Positions 35,103-44,559 of a DNA stretch of 56,803 bases are shown here, one piece after another. The DNA comes from Desulfobacterales bacterium. Its GTDB lineage: Bacteria > Desulfobacterota > Desulfobacteria > Desulfobacterales > SG8-13. Every line of letters begins with the position of its first letter. Within the stretch, counting starts at the first letter, position 1. The stretch is from assembly GCA_037383965.1 (NCBI GenBank), contig JARROL010000007.1, positions 1 through 56,803 on the forward strand, in the 5' to 3' direction. Position numbers and translations under genes: made by a program. The notes below the pieces were generated by a model. It made no database searches and was not told the DNA's origin. It worked only from the letters and a program-made list of their open reading frames with translations.

Positions 35103-37118
35103 ATGAATAACGAACGCGACCAACTGTGTATCAACACCATTCGGATGCTGGCAGCCGATGCGGTCGAAAAGGCCCGCTCGGGCCATCCAGGAATGCCCAT
35201 GGGAGCAGCCGCCATGGCCTATGTGCTGTGGACTCGGTTTCTGCGTCACAATCCCAAGAACCCGGCCTGGCCGGACCGTGACCGCTTCGTTCTCTCCGCC
35301 GGCCACGGCTCTATGTTGCTCTACAGCCTGCTGCATCTGACGGGCTATGATGTGGCCCTGGATGAATTGAAAAATTTTCGCCAATGGGGAAGCAAGACGC
35401 CCGGGCACCCGGAACACGAAATCACCCCGGGAGTGGAGACCACAACCGGCCCGCTGGGGCAGGGTTTCGCAAACGGCGTGGGGATGGCAATCGCCGAGAG
35501 GCATCTGGCCTCAGTTTTCAACCGCCCGGGACACGAGATCGTGAACCATTTTACGTATGGCATCGTGAGCGACGGCGACCTGATGGAGGGCATCTCCCAC
35601 GAGGCCGCATCATTGGCCGGTCACCTCGGCCTCGGCAAATTGATTTACCTATACGACGACAACCATATCTCCATCGAAGGCAGCACCGAAATTGCCTTCA
35701 CGGAAGACCGTATGAAGCGATTCGCGGCCTACGGGTGGCACGTACAGCAGGTGACGGACGGCAATGACCTGGAGCAACTGTCGGCCGCCATTGAAGCCGC
35801 ACGGCATGAGACCCGGCGACCGTCTTTCATCGCCGTGCGGACCCACATCGGATACGGCAGCCCCAACAAGCAGGACACTGCCGGCGCGCATGGTGAACCT
35901 CTGGGAGCGGAAGAACTCAAACTGACGAACAAAAACCTGAATTGGCCCGCAGAACCGGCCTTTTACCTGCCGGAAGAAGCGGTTTCGCATTTTCGCGAAG
36001 CCTTGGAAAAAGGCGCGCAACTCGACCGCAGCTGGCAGGAAGCCTTCACGACCTATCAAAAGGCAAATCCGGAGCTGGCCGCCCGCTGGCGGCAGTGGGC
36101 CGACGGCGGGTTTCCCGAATCATGGGCGCAGGAGATGCCAGTTTTCGATGCCGACGCAAAGGGCATGGCAACCCGGGTGGCCTCCGGCAAAATTTTGAAT
36201 GCCATTGCCGGCAGGATGACGAATCTGATGGGCGGTTCCGCCGACCTGGCCCCGTCCACCAAGACCCTGATCGACGATCAAAAGGATTTTCAGCCACCCG
36301 GCTTCGAGGGTCGCAACATGAGATTCGGCGTACGGGAACACGCCATGGGGGGCATTTTAAATGGCATGGCCCTCCACGGTGGGCTGGTACCATACGGCGC
36401 CACATTTCTGATCTTCTCCGACTACATGCGTCCGGCCATCCGTCTGGCCGCGCTGATGAAATTACACGTCATCTATGTTTTCACACACGACAGTATCGGC
36501 CTGGGGGAAGACGGTCCGACCCACCAGCCGATCGAACAACTGGCGGCCCTCAGGGCCATCCCGAATTTGAAAGTCGTGCGTCCCTGCGACGCCAACGAAA
36601 CGGTCGCGGCCTGGAAGGCGGCCTTGAAATCCACCGGCGGCCCGGTTGCGTTGGCCCTCACCCGCCAGAACCTTCCGGTTCTCGACCGCACAGTTTTCGG
36701 ATCAGCCGATGGGTTGCAGAAAGGGGCTTATGTCATTCGCGACCCGCAAGACCACCGACCGGATCTCCTCCTCATGGCCAGCGGTTCGGAAGTGCACCTT
36801 GCGCTGGCGGCTGCCGCCGCACTGGCCGACAGGGGAATCGCCGTGCGGGTTGTAAGCGCACCGTGCTGGGAATTATTCGAAGAGCAGCCGGAAGAATATC
36901 GCCGCCAGGTCCTGCCGCCGGAAGTGACGGCCAGGCTGGCGGTCGAAGCCGGCAGTCCGCAAGGCTGGTACCGGTATGTCGGCAGCCGGGGAAGTGTGAT
37001 TGGGCTGACCCATTTCGGCGCCTCCGCCCCCTATGAGGTGCTGTACGACAAATTCGGCCTCACCCCGGACCACGTTGTGGAAGAGTCTCTGAACCTGCTG
37101 GAGCAAGACGCCCGATGA
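35103..37118 (+). CDS. tkt: Transketolase
   Basis: GGAGAGG RBS. Motifs [15 protein letters not shown], the GDG..MEG TPP motif, and [16 protein letters not shown]. Confidence 0.95.
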   Translation: MNNERDQLCINTIRMLAADAVEKARSGHPGMPMGAAAMAYVLWTRFLRHNPKNPAWPDRDRFVLSAGHGSMLLYSLLHLTGYDVALDELKNFRQWGSKTPGHPEHEITPGVETTTGPLGQGFANGVGMAIAERHLASVFNRPGHEIVNHFTYGIVSDGDLMEGISHEAASLAGHLGLGKLIYLYDDNHISIEGSTEIAFTEDRMKRFAAYGWHVQQVTDGNDLEQLSAAIEAARHETRRPSFIAVRTHIGYGSPNKQDTAGAHGEPLGAEELKLTNKNLNWPAEPAFYLPEEAVSHFREALEKGAQLDRSWQEAFTTYQKANPELAARWRQWADGGFPESWAQEMPVFDADAKGMATRVASGKILNAIAGRMTNLMGGSADLAPSTKTLIDDQKDFQPPGFEGRNMRFGVREHAMGGILNGMALHGGLVPYGATFLIFSDYMRPAIRLAALMKLHVIYVFTHDSIGLGEDGPTHQPIEQLAALRAIPNLKVVRPCDANETVAAWKAALKSTGGPVALALTRQNLPVLDRTVFGSADGLQKGAYVIRDPQDHRPDLLLMASGSEVHLALAAAAALADRGIAVRVVSAPCWELFEEQPEEYRRQVLPPEVTARLAVEAGSPQGWYRYVGSRGSVIGLTHFGASAPYEVLYDKFGLTPDHVVEESLNLLEQDAR

Positions 37119-37888
37119 CGCTTCAGGAAAACAGCCGGGTCATCGTCACTGCCGACATCGAACGTCTGGCGACGGAAGGCGCCGGGCTTTTCCAACGCAT
37201 CGCCGTCGCGAGCGTCGCCCGCACGGGGCTATTCACGGTGGCCGTGTCCGGAGGCAGCACGCCGCGCCCCATGCACCGGCTCCTGGCCGAGGATCCCTAT
37301 CGCTCTGGTATTCCTTGGCAGCTCACTCACTTGTTCTGGGTCGACGAACGCCTGGTGCCGGTAACCGACCCGGACAGCAACTTCGGCAGCGCCGAAAGAG
37401 ATTTCCTGAATCAGCTGACAATTCCGGCCGGCAACATCCACCCTATGAGTTCGCGAAAACCGCCCGCGGCAGCCGCCGACGATTACGAGCATGAACTGAG
37501 ACGCCATTTCAGCCGCTTCTCCAGCGCTGAGCCAGTTTTCGATCTGATCGTGCTGGGTGTCGGTGAGGACGGTCATACGGCCTCTATATTTCCCGGCGAC
37601 CACAGTGCTGAGGAGACGACGCGCTGGGTGACGGCCGTCAAAGGCGGAACACCGTACGTCGAGCGCCTGACCCTGACGCTGCCGATCCTCAATCGGGCCC
37701 GCTGCATTGTGTATCTCATTTCCGGATCGAAAAAAGCAGTCGTGGTTCGTTCGCTGTTGACGGATGCATCCGCTCAACTGCCGCCTCAAAGGATCGCTCC
37801 GCAGCGCGGAGAAATCATTTGGCTCCTGGATACGGAGGCGGCGGAACTGCTGCCGCAAGATTTGCCCAAATGCATCCGAAAAAAATGA
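37115..37888 (+). CDS. pgl: 6-phosphogluconolactonase
   Basis: The start overlaps the tkt stop (ATGA). Motifs VSGGSTP and [15 protein letters not shown]. Confidence 0.9.
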   Translation: MTLQENSRVIVTADIERLATEGAGLFQRIAVASVARTGLFTVAVSGGSTPRPMHRLLAEDPYRSGIPWQLTHLFWVDERLVPVTDPDSNFGSAERDFLNQLTIPAGNIHPMSSRKPPAAAADDYEHELRRHFSRFSSAEPVFDLIVLGVGEDGHTASIFPGDHSAEETTRWVTAVKGGTPYVERLTLTLPILNRARCIVYLISGSKKAVVVRSLLTDASAQLPPQRIAPQRGEIIWLLDTEAAELLPQDLPKCIRKK

Positions 37889-37899
37889 GGGAAACCATT

Positions 37900-38859
37900 A
37901 TGAAGACCATTCTGGCTGCCGACATTGGTGGGACCAACAGCCGCTTTGCCGCTTTCAGAACCGATGAAAACCGGCAACTGTATTTCGTACGGTCGCTCTG
38001 GCTGAGCACCGACGAATTTGATTCAATGAAAGCCATGCTCGATCAGTTGGAAAAAGAAAATTTCGATTTACCGGCCTCGGAGGCGGATGTGGCGGTAATG
38101 GCCGTCGCCGGGCCGATCGTAAACAAGACTTACAGCGATCCGCCCAATATCGACTGGGACATCGACCTGACCGAGCTTGTCGGGGAAGTCGGCCTCAAGA
38201 AATGCGCTCTGATCAACGACTTCGTGGCCCAGGCGTTTGCCTGCCGATCGCCGGTGATGGATGCCGCCCGCCGAATCATAGCGGGCACGGTCGATCCCTC
38301 CGCGCCGCTGGCGGTCATCGGAGCGGGTACCGGTCTGGGCCAGGCGGCTCTGATACCGTCGGAAAAAGGTGGATACACGGCGTTGGCCTCCGAGGGCGGT
38401 CATAGCAGTTTTCCGTTTGAATCTGCAGAGGAAGTCAAATACATGCACTATCTGCTTCAAGAGACCGGCGAGCCCTATATCAGAACTGAAACGGTCGTTT
38501 CCGGTGGCGGTCTAAGTCGATTGCATCACTTTTTGACAGGAGAACGCCTCGAACCGGCGGAAGTGGCGAACCGACTGACCGATGAATCCGGAACCTTGAG
38601 ATGGATGGCACGATTCCTCGGCCGGGTCAGCCGCAACTACGCCCTTGCGGTGGTGGCCTTCGGCGGCGTGTACATCTCGGGCGGGGTCGCCGCCAAATTA
38701 CCCGAACTGGTGACCCACCGGGAATTCGCCCGTGCTTTTCGAAAAACGGATGTCATGAGGCACGTACTGGACCGCATTCCGGTATTCCTGAATGCCGATG
38801 AGGAAAGCGGCCTATGGGGCGCCGCAATGAAAGGCATGCAAATACTGCAAGGTGACTGA
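37900..38859 (+). CDS. glk: Glucokinase
   Basis: MKTILAADIGGTNSRFA (ATP-binding) and INDF.A.A...G.GTGLG, a Glk-type pattern. The ORF is open from 37819, but a GAGGGA RBS supports ATG 37900. Confidence 0.88.
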   Translation: MKTILAADIGGTNSRFAAFRTDENRQLYFVRSLWLSTDEFDSMKAMLDQLEKENFDLPASEADVAVMAVAGPIVNKTYSDPPNIDWDIDLTELVGEVGLKKCALINDFVAQAFACRSPVMDAARRIIAGTVDPSAPLAVIGAGTGLGQAALIPSEKGGYTALASEGGHSSFPFESAEEVKYMHYLLQETGEPYIRTETVVSGGGLSRLHHFLTGERLEPAEVANRLTDESGTLRWMARFLGRVSRNYALAVVAFGGVYISGGVAAKLPELVTHREFARAFRKTDVMRHVLDRIPVFLNADEESGLWGAAMKGMQILQGD

Positions 38860-38869
38860 TCGGCCGATC

Positions 38870-38933
38870 TTAGGGCTCCGGCAAGAAATAATTTCCCATC
38901 TTGCTTGTGGAATTATTTCTTACCGAAACCCTT
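38870..38933. mobile_element. MITE-like element, internally deleted copy (the two TIRs abutting as a hairpin)
   Basis: TTAGGGCTCCGGCAAGAAATAATTTCCCA-tcttgctt-GTGGAATTATTTCTTACCGAAACCCTT, 11 nt after the glk stop. Confidence 0.65.
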
Positions 38934-39014
38934 GGAAGCCCGATTTGTTTTGAACACGACACTTTATTTTTTAAAAATGCGGTTTAAAATCCCGTGAAAA
39001 AGGAGAGATGATCC

Positions 39015-40268
39015 ATGACTGAACACATGAAAGGGTTTGCCACACGGGCGGTGCATGCCGGACACACACCCGACAAAGAAACCAAGGCCCGGGCCGTGCC
39101 CATCTATCAGACCACGTCCTTCACGTTCGACGACACCTCTCACGCGGCCGATCTCTTTGGACTGCGTCAATTCGGCAACATCTACTCTCGAATCATGAAC
39201 CCCACGGTCGATGCGCTCGAACAGCGCATTGCGTCGCTGGAAGGCGGCGTTGGTGCCCTGGCGCTGGCTTCCGGCCAGGCAGCCGAAACGCTGGCTCTGC
39301 TGACCCTGGCCGGGGCCGGCGACGAAATCGTTTCGTCCACCGATCTCTATGGCGGCACGGTCAGCCTCTTCAGCCACACATTCAAAAAACTCGGCATCAC
39401 GGTCAAGTTCGTCCCGCCGGATGACACGGGGGCCTGGGAAAAGGCCGTTACCGACAAAACCAAGGCCTTTTTTTCCGAAACGATCGGCAACCCCAAACTC
39501 AACATCGTCGACATCGCCTCCATCGCGGAGGTCGGCCGGCGGCACGGCGTACCCCTGGTGGTCGACAACACCGTCACCACGCCCTATCTCCTGCGTCCGT
39601 TTGAATTCGGGGCTGCGATCGTCATACACTCCGCGACCAAGTTCATCGGCGGTCACGGCACCTCTATCGGCGGGTTGATCGTCGATTCGGGCAACTTTGA
39701 CTGGGCGGGTTCCGGCCGGTTTTCAGCCTTCGTGGAACCGGAGCCGGCCTACCACGGTTTGAAGTTTACGGAGACTTTCGGCAACCTGGCCTTCATACTC
39801 AGGGCACGTGTCCTCGGTTTGCGGGACATGGGCGCGGCAATGAGCCCCTTCAATGCCTGGATGTTTCTTCAGGGGCTGGAAACCTTGTCTCTGCGCATGG
39901 CCAAACACTCGGAAAACGGCCTGCTGGTCGCCCGCTTTCTGGAAAACAACAACTGTGTCTCCTGGGTTCGTTACCCGGGTCTGGAATCCTCGCCCACCTA
40001 TCACTTGAAGGACAAGTATCTGCCGAACGGACAAGGGGCCTTGGTCGGTTTCGGGATCAGCGGCGGCAGAGAGTCGGCCGTCAAATTTATCGAAAGCGTG
40101 AAGTTCCACCCCGCCTCGACCACCCATGAGCAGTTGAGTGAAGAAGAGCAACTGGCGGCGGGGGTCACACCGGACTTTGTCCGGTTGAGCATCGGCATCG
40201 AAGACATCGACGATATCACCGGCGATCTGAGCCAGGCCCTCGAAGAGGGTGTCGGCTGTAAACTGTAG
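39015..40268 (+). CDS. metY: O-acetylhomoserine sulfhydrylase (MetY-type PLP enzyme), apparently lacking about 14 conserved residues near the C-terminus
   Basis: [10 protein letters not shown]...[12 protein letters not shown]-Lys motif [11 protein letters not shown]. The C-terminus reads [27 protein letters not shown], where homologues carry an extra ..S.LAN.GD.KSL.I segment. Confidence 0.85.
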   Translation: MTEHMKGFATRAVHAGHTPDKETKARAVPIYQTTSFTFDDTSHAADLFGLRQFGNIYSRIMNPTVDALEQRIASLEGGVGALALASGQAAETLALLTLAGAGDEIVSSTDLYGGTVSLFSHTFKKLGITVKFVPPDDTGAWEKAVTDKTKAFFSETIGNPKLNIVDIASIAEVGRRHGVPLVVDNTVTTPYLLRPFEFGAAIVIHSATKFIGGHGTSIGGLIVDSGNFDWAGSGRFSAFVEPEPAYHGLKFTETFGNLAFILRARVLGLRDMGAAMSPFNAWMFLQGLETLSLRMAKHSENGLLVARFLENNNCVSWVRYPGLESSPTYHLKDKYLPNGQGALVGFGISGGRESAVKFIESVKFHPASTTHEQLSEEEQLAAGVTPDFVRLSIGIEDIDDITGDLSQALEEGVGCKL

Positions 40269-40275
40269 TCAGGAC

Positions 40276-40478
40276 GAAAATAGAAACTCGAAACTCAGAA
40301 CCCAAAACCAGTGGCAGCCTTAGGGCCATGAGCGTTCAATCGACAAAATCGATGATATCCTTTAACTGACAAAACTGAGCTAACCGGCTCAACTGGTTCA
40401 ACAGACTCAACGGACCTAACGGCTCAACGGGCTCAACGGACTCAACAGGCTCAACGGACCCAACGGACGCAACCGATC
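40276..40478 (+). repeat. Composite intergenic element, copy B, ending in a 13-unit 9-nt array 3 nt before the rpiA ATG
   Basis: gaaaatagaaactcgaaactc...ccagtggcagccttagggccatgagcg...atcgatgatatcctttaactgacaaaactgagctaaccggc tcaactggt tcaacagac tcaacggac ...caacggacg caaccgatc. Confidence 0.85.
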
Positions 40479-40481
40479 ATC

Positions 40482-41168
40482 ATGAACATCCGAGAAGAAC
40501 TCAAACGCCGCGCAGCCGATGCCGCCGTAGAGCAGATTCAAAACGGCATGGTGCTGGGCCTTGGAAGCGGCACGACCGTCGCGCATGCACTGCAGCGCCT
40601 GGCCGAATTGCTGCAGGCCGGAAAGATTGATCATTTGTGCGGCGTGCCGAGTTCGATTCAAACAGAAAAGCAGGCCCGGCAGCTGGGAATTCCGTTGACC
40701 AGCCTCGACCGGCATCCGATCCTCGATTTGACTATCGACGGGGCCGACGAGGTCGATCCGGAGTTGAACCTGATCAAAGGCGGAGGGGGCGCTTTGCTGC
40801 GTGAAAAAGTCCTCGCCCAGGCCAGCCGGCGCACTGTTTTCATTGTCGACCAGAGCAAGCTGTCACCGGGTCTCGGCAGCCACTGGCCGCTGCCCGTGGA
40901 AGTCATTGATTTCGCCGTTAAAAGCATCGAAAATTATCTGACATCGATCGGAGCGAGCGTCGAACTGCGTCGAACCGCCGAAGGTAACCCTTTTCGAACA
41001 GATCAGAACAACGTGATCCTGGACGCGAATTTCGGTCCAATAGAAAACCCACGGGTGTTGGCCACCAAACTCGCTGATCGGGCCGGCATCGTCGCCCATG
41101 GGCTTTTTTTGAATATGGCCGACGAGGTAATCGTTGCCGAGGAGCATGCCGTCAGACGCCTCAGGTGA
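40482..41168 (+). CDS. rpiA: Ribose-5-phosphate isomerase A
   Basis: Motifs GLGSGTT, IDGADEVD..LNLIKGGGGALLREK and VVAEE. Confidence 0.93.
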   Translation: MNIREELKRRAADAAVEQIQNGMVLGLGSGTTVAHALQRLAELLQAGKIDHLCGVPSSIQTEKQARQLGIPLTSLDRHPILDLTIDGADEVDPELNLIKGGGGALLREKVLAQASRRTVFIVDQSKLSPGLGSHWPLPVEVIDFAVKSIENYLTSIGASVELRRTAEGNPFRTDQNNVILDANFGPIENPRVLATKLADRAGIVAHGLFLNMADEVIVAEEHAVRRLR

Positions 41169-41373
41169 TCGCTGTAATCTGTAACGGTAATCGAGCATCC
41201 CGTGCCCCCTGACGTCGGCAAATGGAATTCACACGGCTACTGACGCGATTATCGGTTGTCAGTAATTTGCCGCTCCCATGCTTTCGGCCGGCGGCTTCGT
41301 TTGACAGGCGTCATCATTTGCAGTCGTAAAAAAGAGGTGCGGGACCAGAAGTCACATTGAAGGGAAAGGCGTC

Positions 41374-42372
41374 ATGAAAATACACCCAAAAACCGTATTC
41401 CGACTGTTGCTGTTGATTATGATCATCTCAGGCTGCGCCGCCCCCAGGATCAGTATATTCGGCAACAACGACGAACCGCTTGAAGAGTACACCCTGCAGG
41501 GCAGCACAAAGGGTAAAGTTCTTCTCATCCCCGTCAAAGGAAAAATAACCGACGATGTCGAGAGCGGACTGATCCGCAAAAAACCGAGCATGGTGCAGGA
41601 AATCGTTGCCCAACTCAAAAAAGCGGAAAATGACAAAGACGTCGGTGCCGTGCTTCTCGTCATCGATTCTCCGGGTGGCTCGGTGACGGCCAGCGACGTT
41701 CTCTACCACGAAATTGTTCAGTTCAAGGAGAAGACCGGCAGAAAAGTGGTCGCGGCCCTGATGGATGTGGCGGCATCGGGCGGATACTACATCGCCCTGC
41801 CGGCAGACGCCATAGTGGCGCATCCGACCACCATCACCGGATCGGTGGGTGTTCTCTTCTTGCAGCCTAAAGTCGTCGGCCTGATGGATAAAATCGGCGT
41901 GGAAGTTCAGGTCAGCAAGTCCGGAGCGAACAAGGATATCGGTTCGCCATTTCGAGCGGCAACCGCGCAAGAGAAGAAAATCCTTCAGGAGATGACCGAC
42001 AAACTGGCACGCCGGTTCCTCGACCTGGTGTCACAACATCGCCGTATCGATGCCAAGCGATTGGCCGAGATCGCCAGCGCCAACGTATACCTGGCCGAAG
42101 AAGCCCAGCGACTGGGGCTGGTCGATCGCGTCGGATACCTAAACGACGCCGTCGAAGAGGCCGGTCGCCTGGCCGGTCTGAACACGGATGCCAAAGTAGT
42201 GGTTTATCGCCGGGAGAAGTACGAGAATGACACCATATACAACATGCAGAGCACCTGGTCCGGCGGCAATGAGAGAGTGTCACTGATCGACCTGGGTTTG
42301 CCGGTTTCAGAGACAAGTGACATCGCGGCCGGTTTCTACTACTTATGGCCTACGGCGGCCGGCGCCAGGTAA
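41374..42372 (+). CDS. sppA: Signal peptide peptidase SppA (36K type)
   Basis: Lipoprotein-like signal (ISGC), IDSPGGSV.AS, ASGGYYIA, GSVGV, and a Ser-Lys dyad pattern. Confidence 0.88.
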   Translation: MKIHPKTVFRLLLLIMIISGCAAPRISIFGNNDEPLEEYTLQGSTKGKVLLIPVKGKITDDVESGLIRKKPSMVQEIVAQLKKAENDKDVGAVLLVIDSPGGSVTASDVLYHEIVQFKEKTGRKVVAALMDVAASGGYYIALPADAIVAHPTTITGSVGVLFLQPKVVGLMDKIGVEVQVSKSGANKDIGSPFRAATAQEKKILQEMTDKLARRFLDLVSQHRRIDAKRLAEIASANVYLAEEAQRLGLVDRVGYLNDAVEEAGRLAGLNTDAKVVVYRREKYENDTIYNMQSTWSGGNERVSLIDLGLPVSETSDIAAGFYYLWPTAAGAR

Positions 42373-42532
42373 GGGCTCCGGCAAAAAATAATTCCACCTC
42401 TTGCAGGTTTTATGGCCGGTCTACTGCGTTGCATCCACCCACACGTATCCCGATATGCCCAGGTGGATGTGTCTTTTAGGCAAACCATAATCCGGCGCAA
42501 TCGTGCGGCATTATTTCTCACCGTGACCCTGA
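42370..42532 (-). mobile_element. MITE-like element, full-length copy 3 (inverted orientation); its first bases supply the sppA stop codon
   Basis: The reverse complement aligns along its whole length with 34862-35022. TAAGGGCTCC... begins at the TAA stop of sppA (42370-42372). Confidence 0.7.
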
Positions 42533-42553
42533 GCGGCATGCAATCCGGAAAGT

Positions 42554-43784
42554 TTACTTGTTTTTAATCCCCTTTTCGCGGTTGTAGAATCGGGCTATCG
42601 TGGCGGGAGCGATCCCGCAAAAATAGGCGGCCTTTCTTCTTTAGTCGGCGGACCAGTTCGAAATCCTCCATGATCGGCAGGTCGGGATACCCGCCGATGG
42701 CGCGAAAGGTCTCGGCCGCAAGGAAGAGCGCTTGATCTCCATAAGGCTTTTGCAGGAAGCGGGACCGCCAGTTGGCCACATTCTCCATGATTCTCAGAGA
42801 GGGCAGCGGCGAATCGATGCCGAGCGCGAAAGCTCCTGCAGCCGTGCCGGGCCGTGACAGGGTCCCGCGAACCTGACCGTCATAACCTTCAGGAAGAAGC
42901 GTGTCGGCATGCAGAAAAAGCAGAATCTCTCCGGTGGCAGCAGCAGCCCCGATGTTCATCTGGCGTGCCCGCGACGCTTCGGCGGTCGACACCAGCGCTC
43001 CGAGTCGGCCGGCTATTTCGGTCGTGCCGTCGCGACTGCCGCCGTCCACGACGATTACCTCGACGTTCGTGGCGATTTGCGCCCGCCGCACTGTTTCTCT
43101 GATGTTGGCGGCTTCGTTCAGGGTCGGGATAACAACGGAGATTCTCGGGCCGGCGATACGCTCCCAGACAACCAGGTCATCCGGACGATCTACGTCTTCG
43201 AGGGCGTCCAGCAGCGCCACGGAAAGCGTCAGCTCCGCTGCCCTCTCAAGTGAAAGGGCCAGCACCCGGTTTGTACCCCACGGCAGTCCGGCAAAAAGCG
43301 TCGGCAATGCCCGCCTGGGCACCCTTTCCCGCAGGCCGACCAGATAATAACCGCCGTCGGCCGCCGGTCCGAATACCGCATCATTGCGCCGAAGCGCGTC
43401 GAACGCCCGCTCGATGATCTCTGCTGTGATGCCAGGGATGTCGGTACCGATGAGAACGGCGGCGTTGGCTCCGGCATCGAACGCCGCCGTCAAGGCGATT
43501 GTCATGCGCTGATCGAGTCCCCCGTCTCCCTGAGCGGCATAGAGAAAATCCGCCCCCAGCCAGTTTCGCATCAGGCGAACATCTCCGCCGGCAAAACGGA
43601 TTTCGACCGCAAGCGGTCGTGTTCGGACGAGCCGTCTTATATTACTCAGGAGGTGCTCGGTCATCTGCCGCTGCAGTTTGGCGGCCCCCTCCGGTCCCAA
43701 CAAGGGGATCAGCCGGGTTTTGGTGGCACCGGGTTCGGGATAACGCGTGAAGATGAGCAACCGCTCGCGGGGATTGGACGGCAC
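42554..43784 (-). pseudogene. Fusion of a DUF2064 (TIGR04282-like) domain and a GT2 (TIGR04283-like) glycosyltransferase, with a C-terminal deletion and frame change
   Basis: N-terminus RLLIFTRYPEPGATKTRL, then ISVVIPTLNEA..I......VVDGGS.DGT. After ..LVRRLKKKGRLFL the annotated frame becomes non-homologous, while the neighbouring frame reads GIAPATIARFYNRE..* with its stop at 42554-42556. Confidence 0.6.
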
Positions 43785-44034
43785 GATGAACCGGATATCC
43801 TATCAGGGTAAGTAGCTGAAACGCAATCGGATCGTTTCCCATGAATCCTGCCCATTATTTTAGAGCAGAATTTTTTTAAATTATCAAGGCCGCTTTTTCT
43901 TCAGGCGATACGTCTTTTTGTCACCCTTGACGTCCGTAGCCATCGGCCATACCCTAAACTGTTAATAAGGTGGCAATTTTCATTCATGTGCCAAATACCT
44001 GCTTCTCATCCAACAAAATAAGGAAGACAAAAAC

Positions 44035-44499
44035 ATGCCGACTTCCATACGTTATTTTATCTTTGGTGTGGTGGCTCTGCTCGTCTTTGCTGTGGTCCTG
44101 CCGCAAGCCGCGTTTGCCAAGGACCCGATCAACAAGACGTTTTTCGGCGACAAGGCCATAAAAGGCTATGACCCGGTTGCATACTTTACAGATGGCAAAC
44201 CGGTCGAGGGCAAAAAGGAATTTGAATACGGATGGATGGGCGCTAAATGGTTCTTTGCCACGGCCGCAAACCGTGACCTCTTTGAGAGCGATCCTGAAAA
44301 GTACGCCCCGCAGTACGGTGGCTACTGTGCCTATGCCGTGGCGATGGGAAAGACCGCCGATATCGATCCGAACGCATGGAAAATTGTCGATGGCAAGCTC
44401 TACCTGAACTACAACCAGGAAATTCAAGTGAAGTGGTTGGAAGATGTGCCCGGGTATATTCAAAAAGCGGACATGAACTGGCCGGGAGTAGTGAAATAG
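44035..44499 (+). CDS. Secreted YHS-domain protein (Cys-containing paralog of 1155-1550)
   Basis: AAGGAAG RBS and a signal peptide. KGYDPVAYFTDGKPVEGK.EF...W.GAKWFFATAANRDLFESDPEKYAPQYGGYCAYAVA. Confidence 0.85.
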   Translation: MPTSIRYFIFGVVALLVFAVVLPQAAFAKDPINKTFFGDKAIKGYDPVAYFTDGKPVEGKKEFEYGWMGAKWFFATAANRDLFESDPEKYAPQYGGYCAYAVAMGKTADIDPNAWKIVDGKLYLNYNQEIQVKWLEDVPGYIQKADMNWPGVVK

Positions 44500-44559
44500 C
44501 GCGCACATCGGTCATTGAGCCAATAGGATATGCGTAACAGAAATTGGAGGGACATCGCC

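Noticed and set aside
31001-37036. Other long overlapping ORFs: 31001-32002 (-), 33675-34841 (-), 35942-37036 (+, alternative frame of tkt), 15576-16370 (-), 16383-17165 (-), 45213-45809 (-).
   Set aside because: All are embedded in strongly supported genes (nox, zwf, tkt, gspE, reductase) and show shadow-frame composition.
40362-40478. Regular short repeats considered as possible CRISPR arrays (also at 9311-9373 and 48771-48842).
   Set aside because: The units are 9 nt and directly abutting, with no unique spacers, no repeat palindromicity and no cas genes. They are microsatellite-type arrays.
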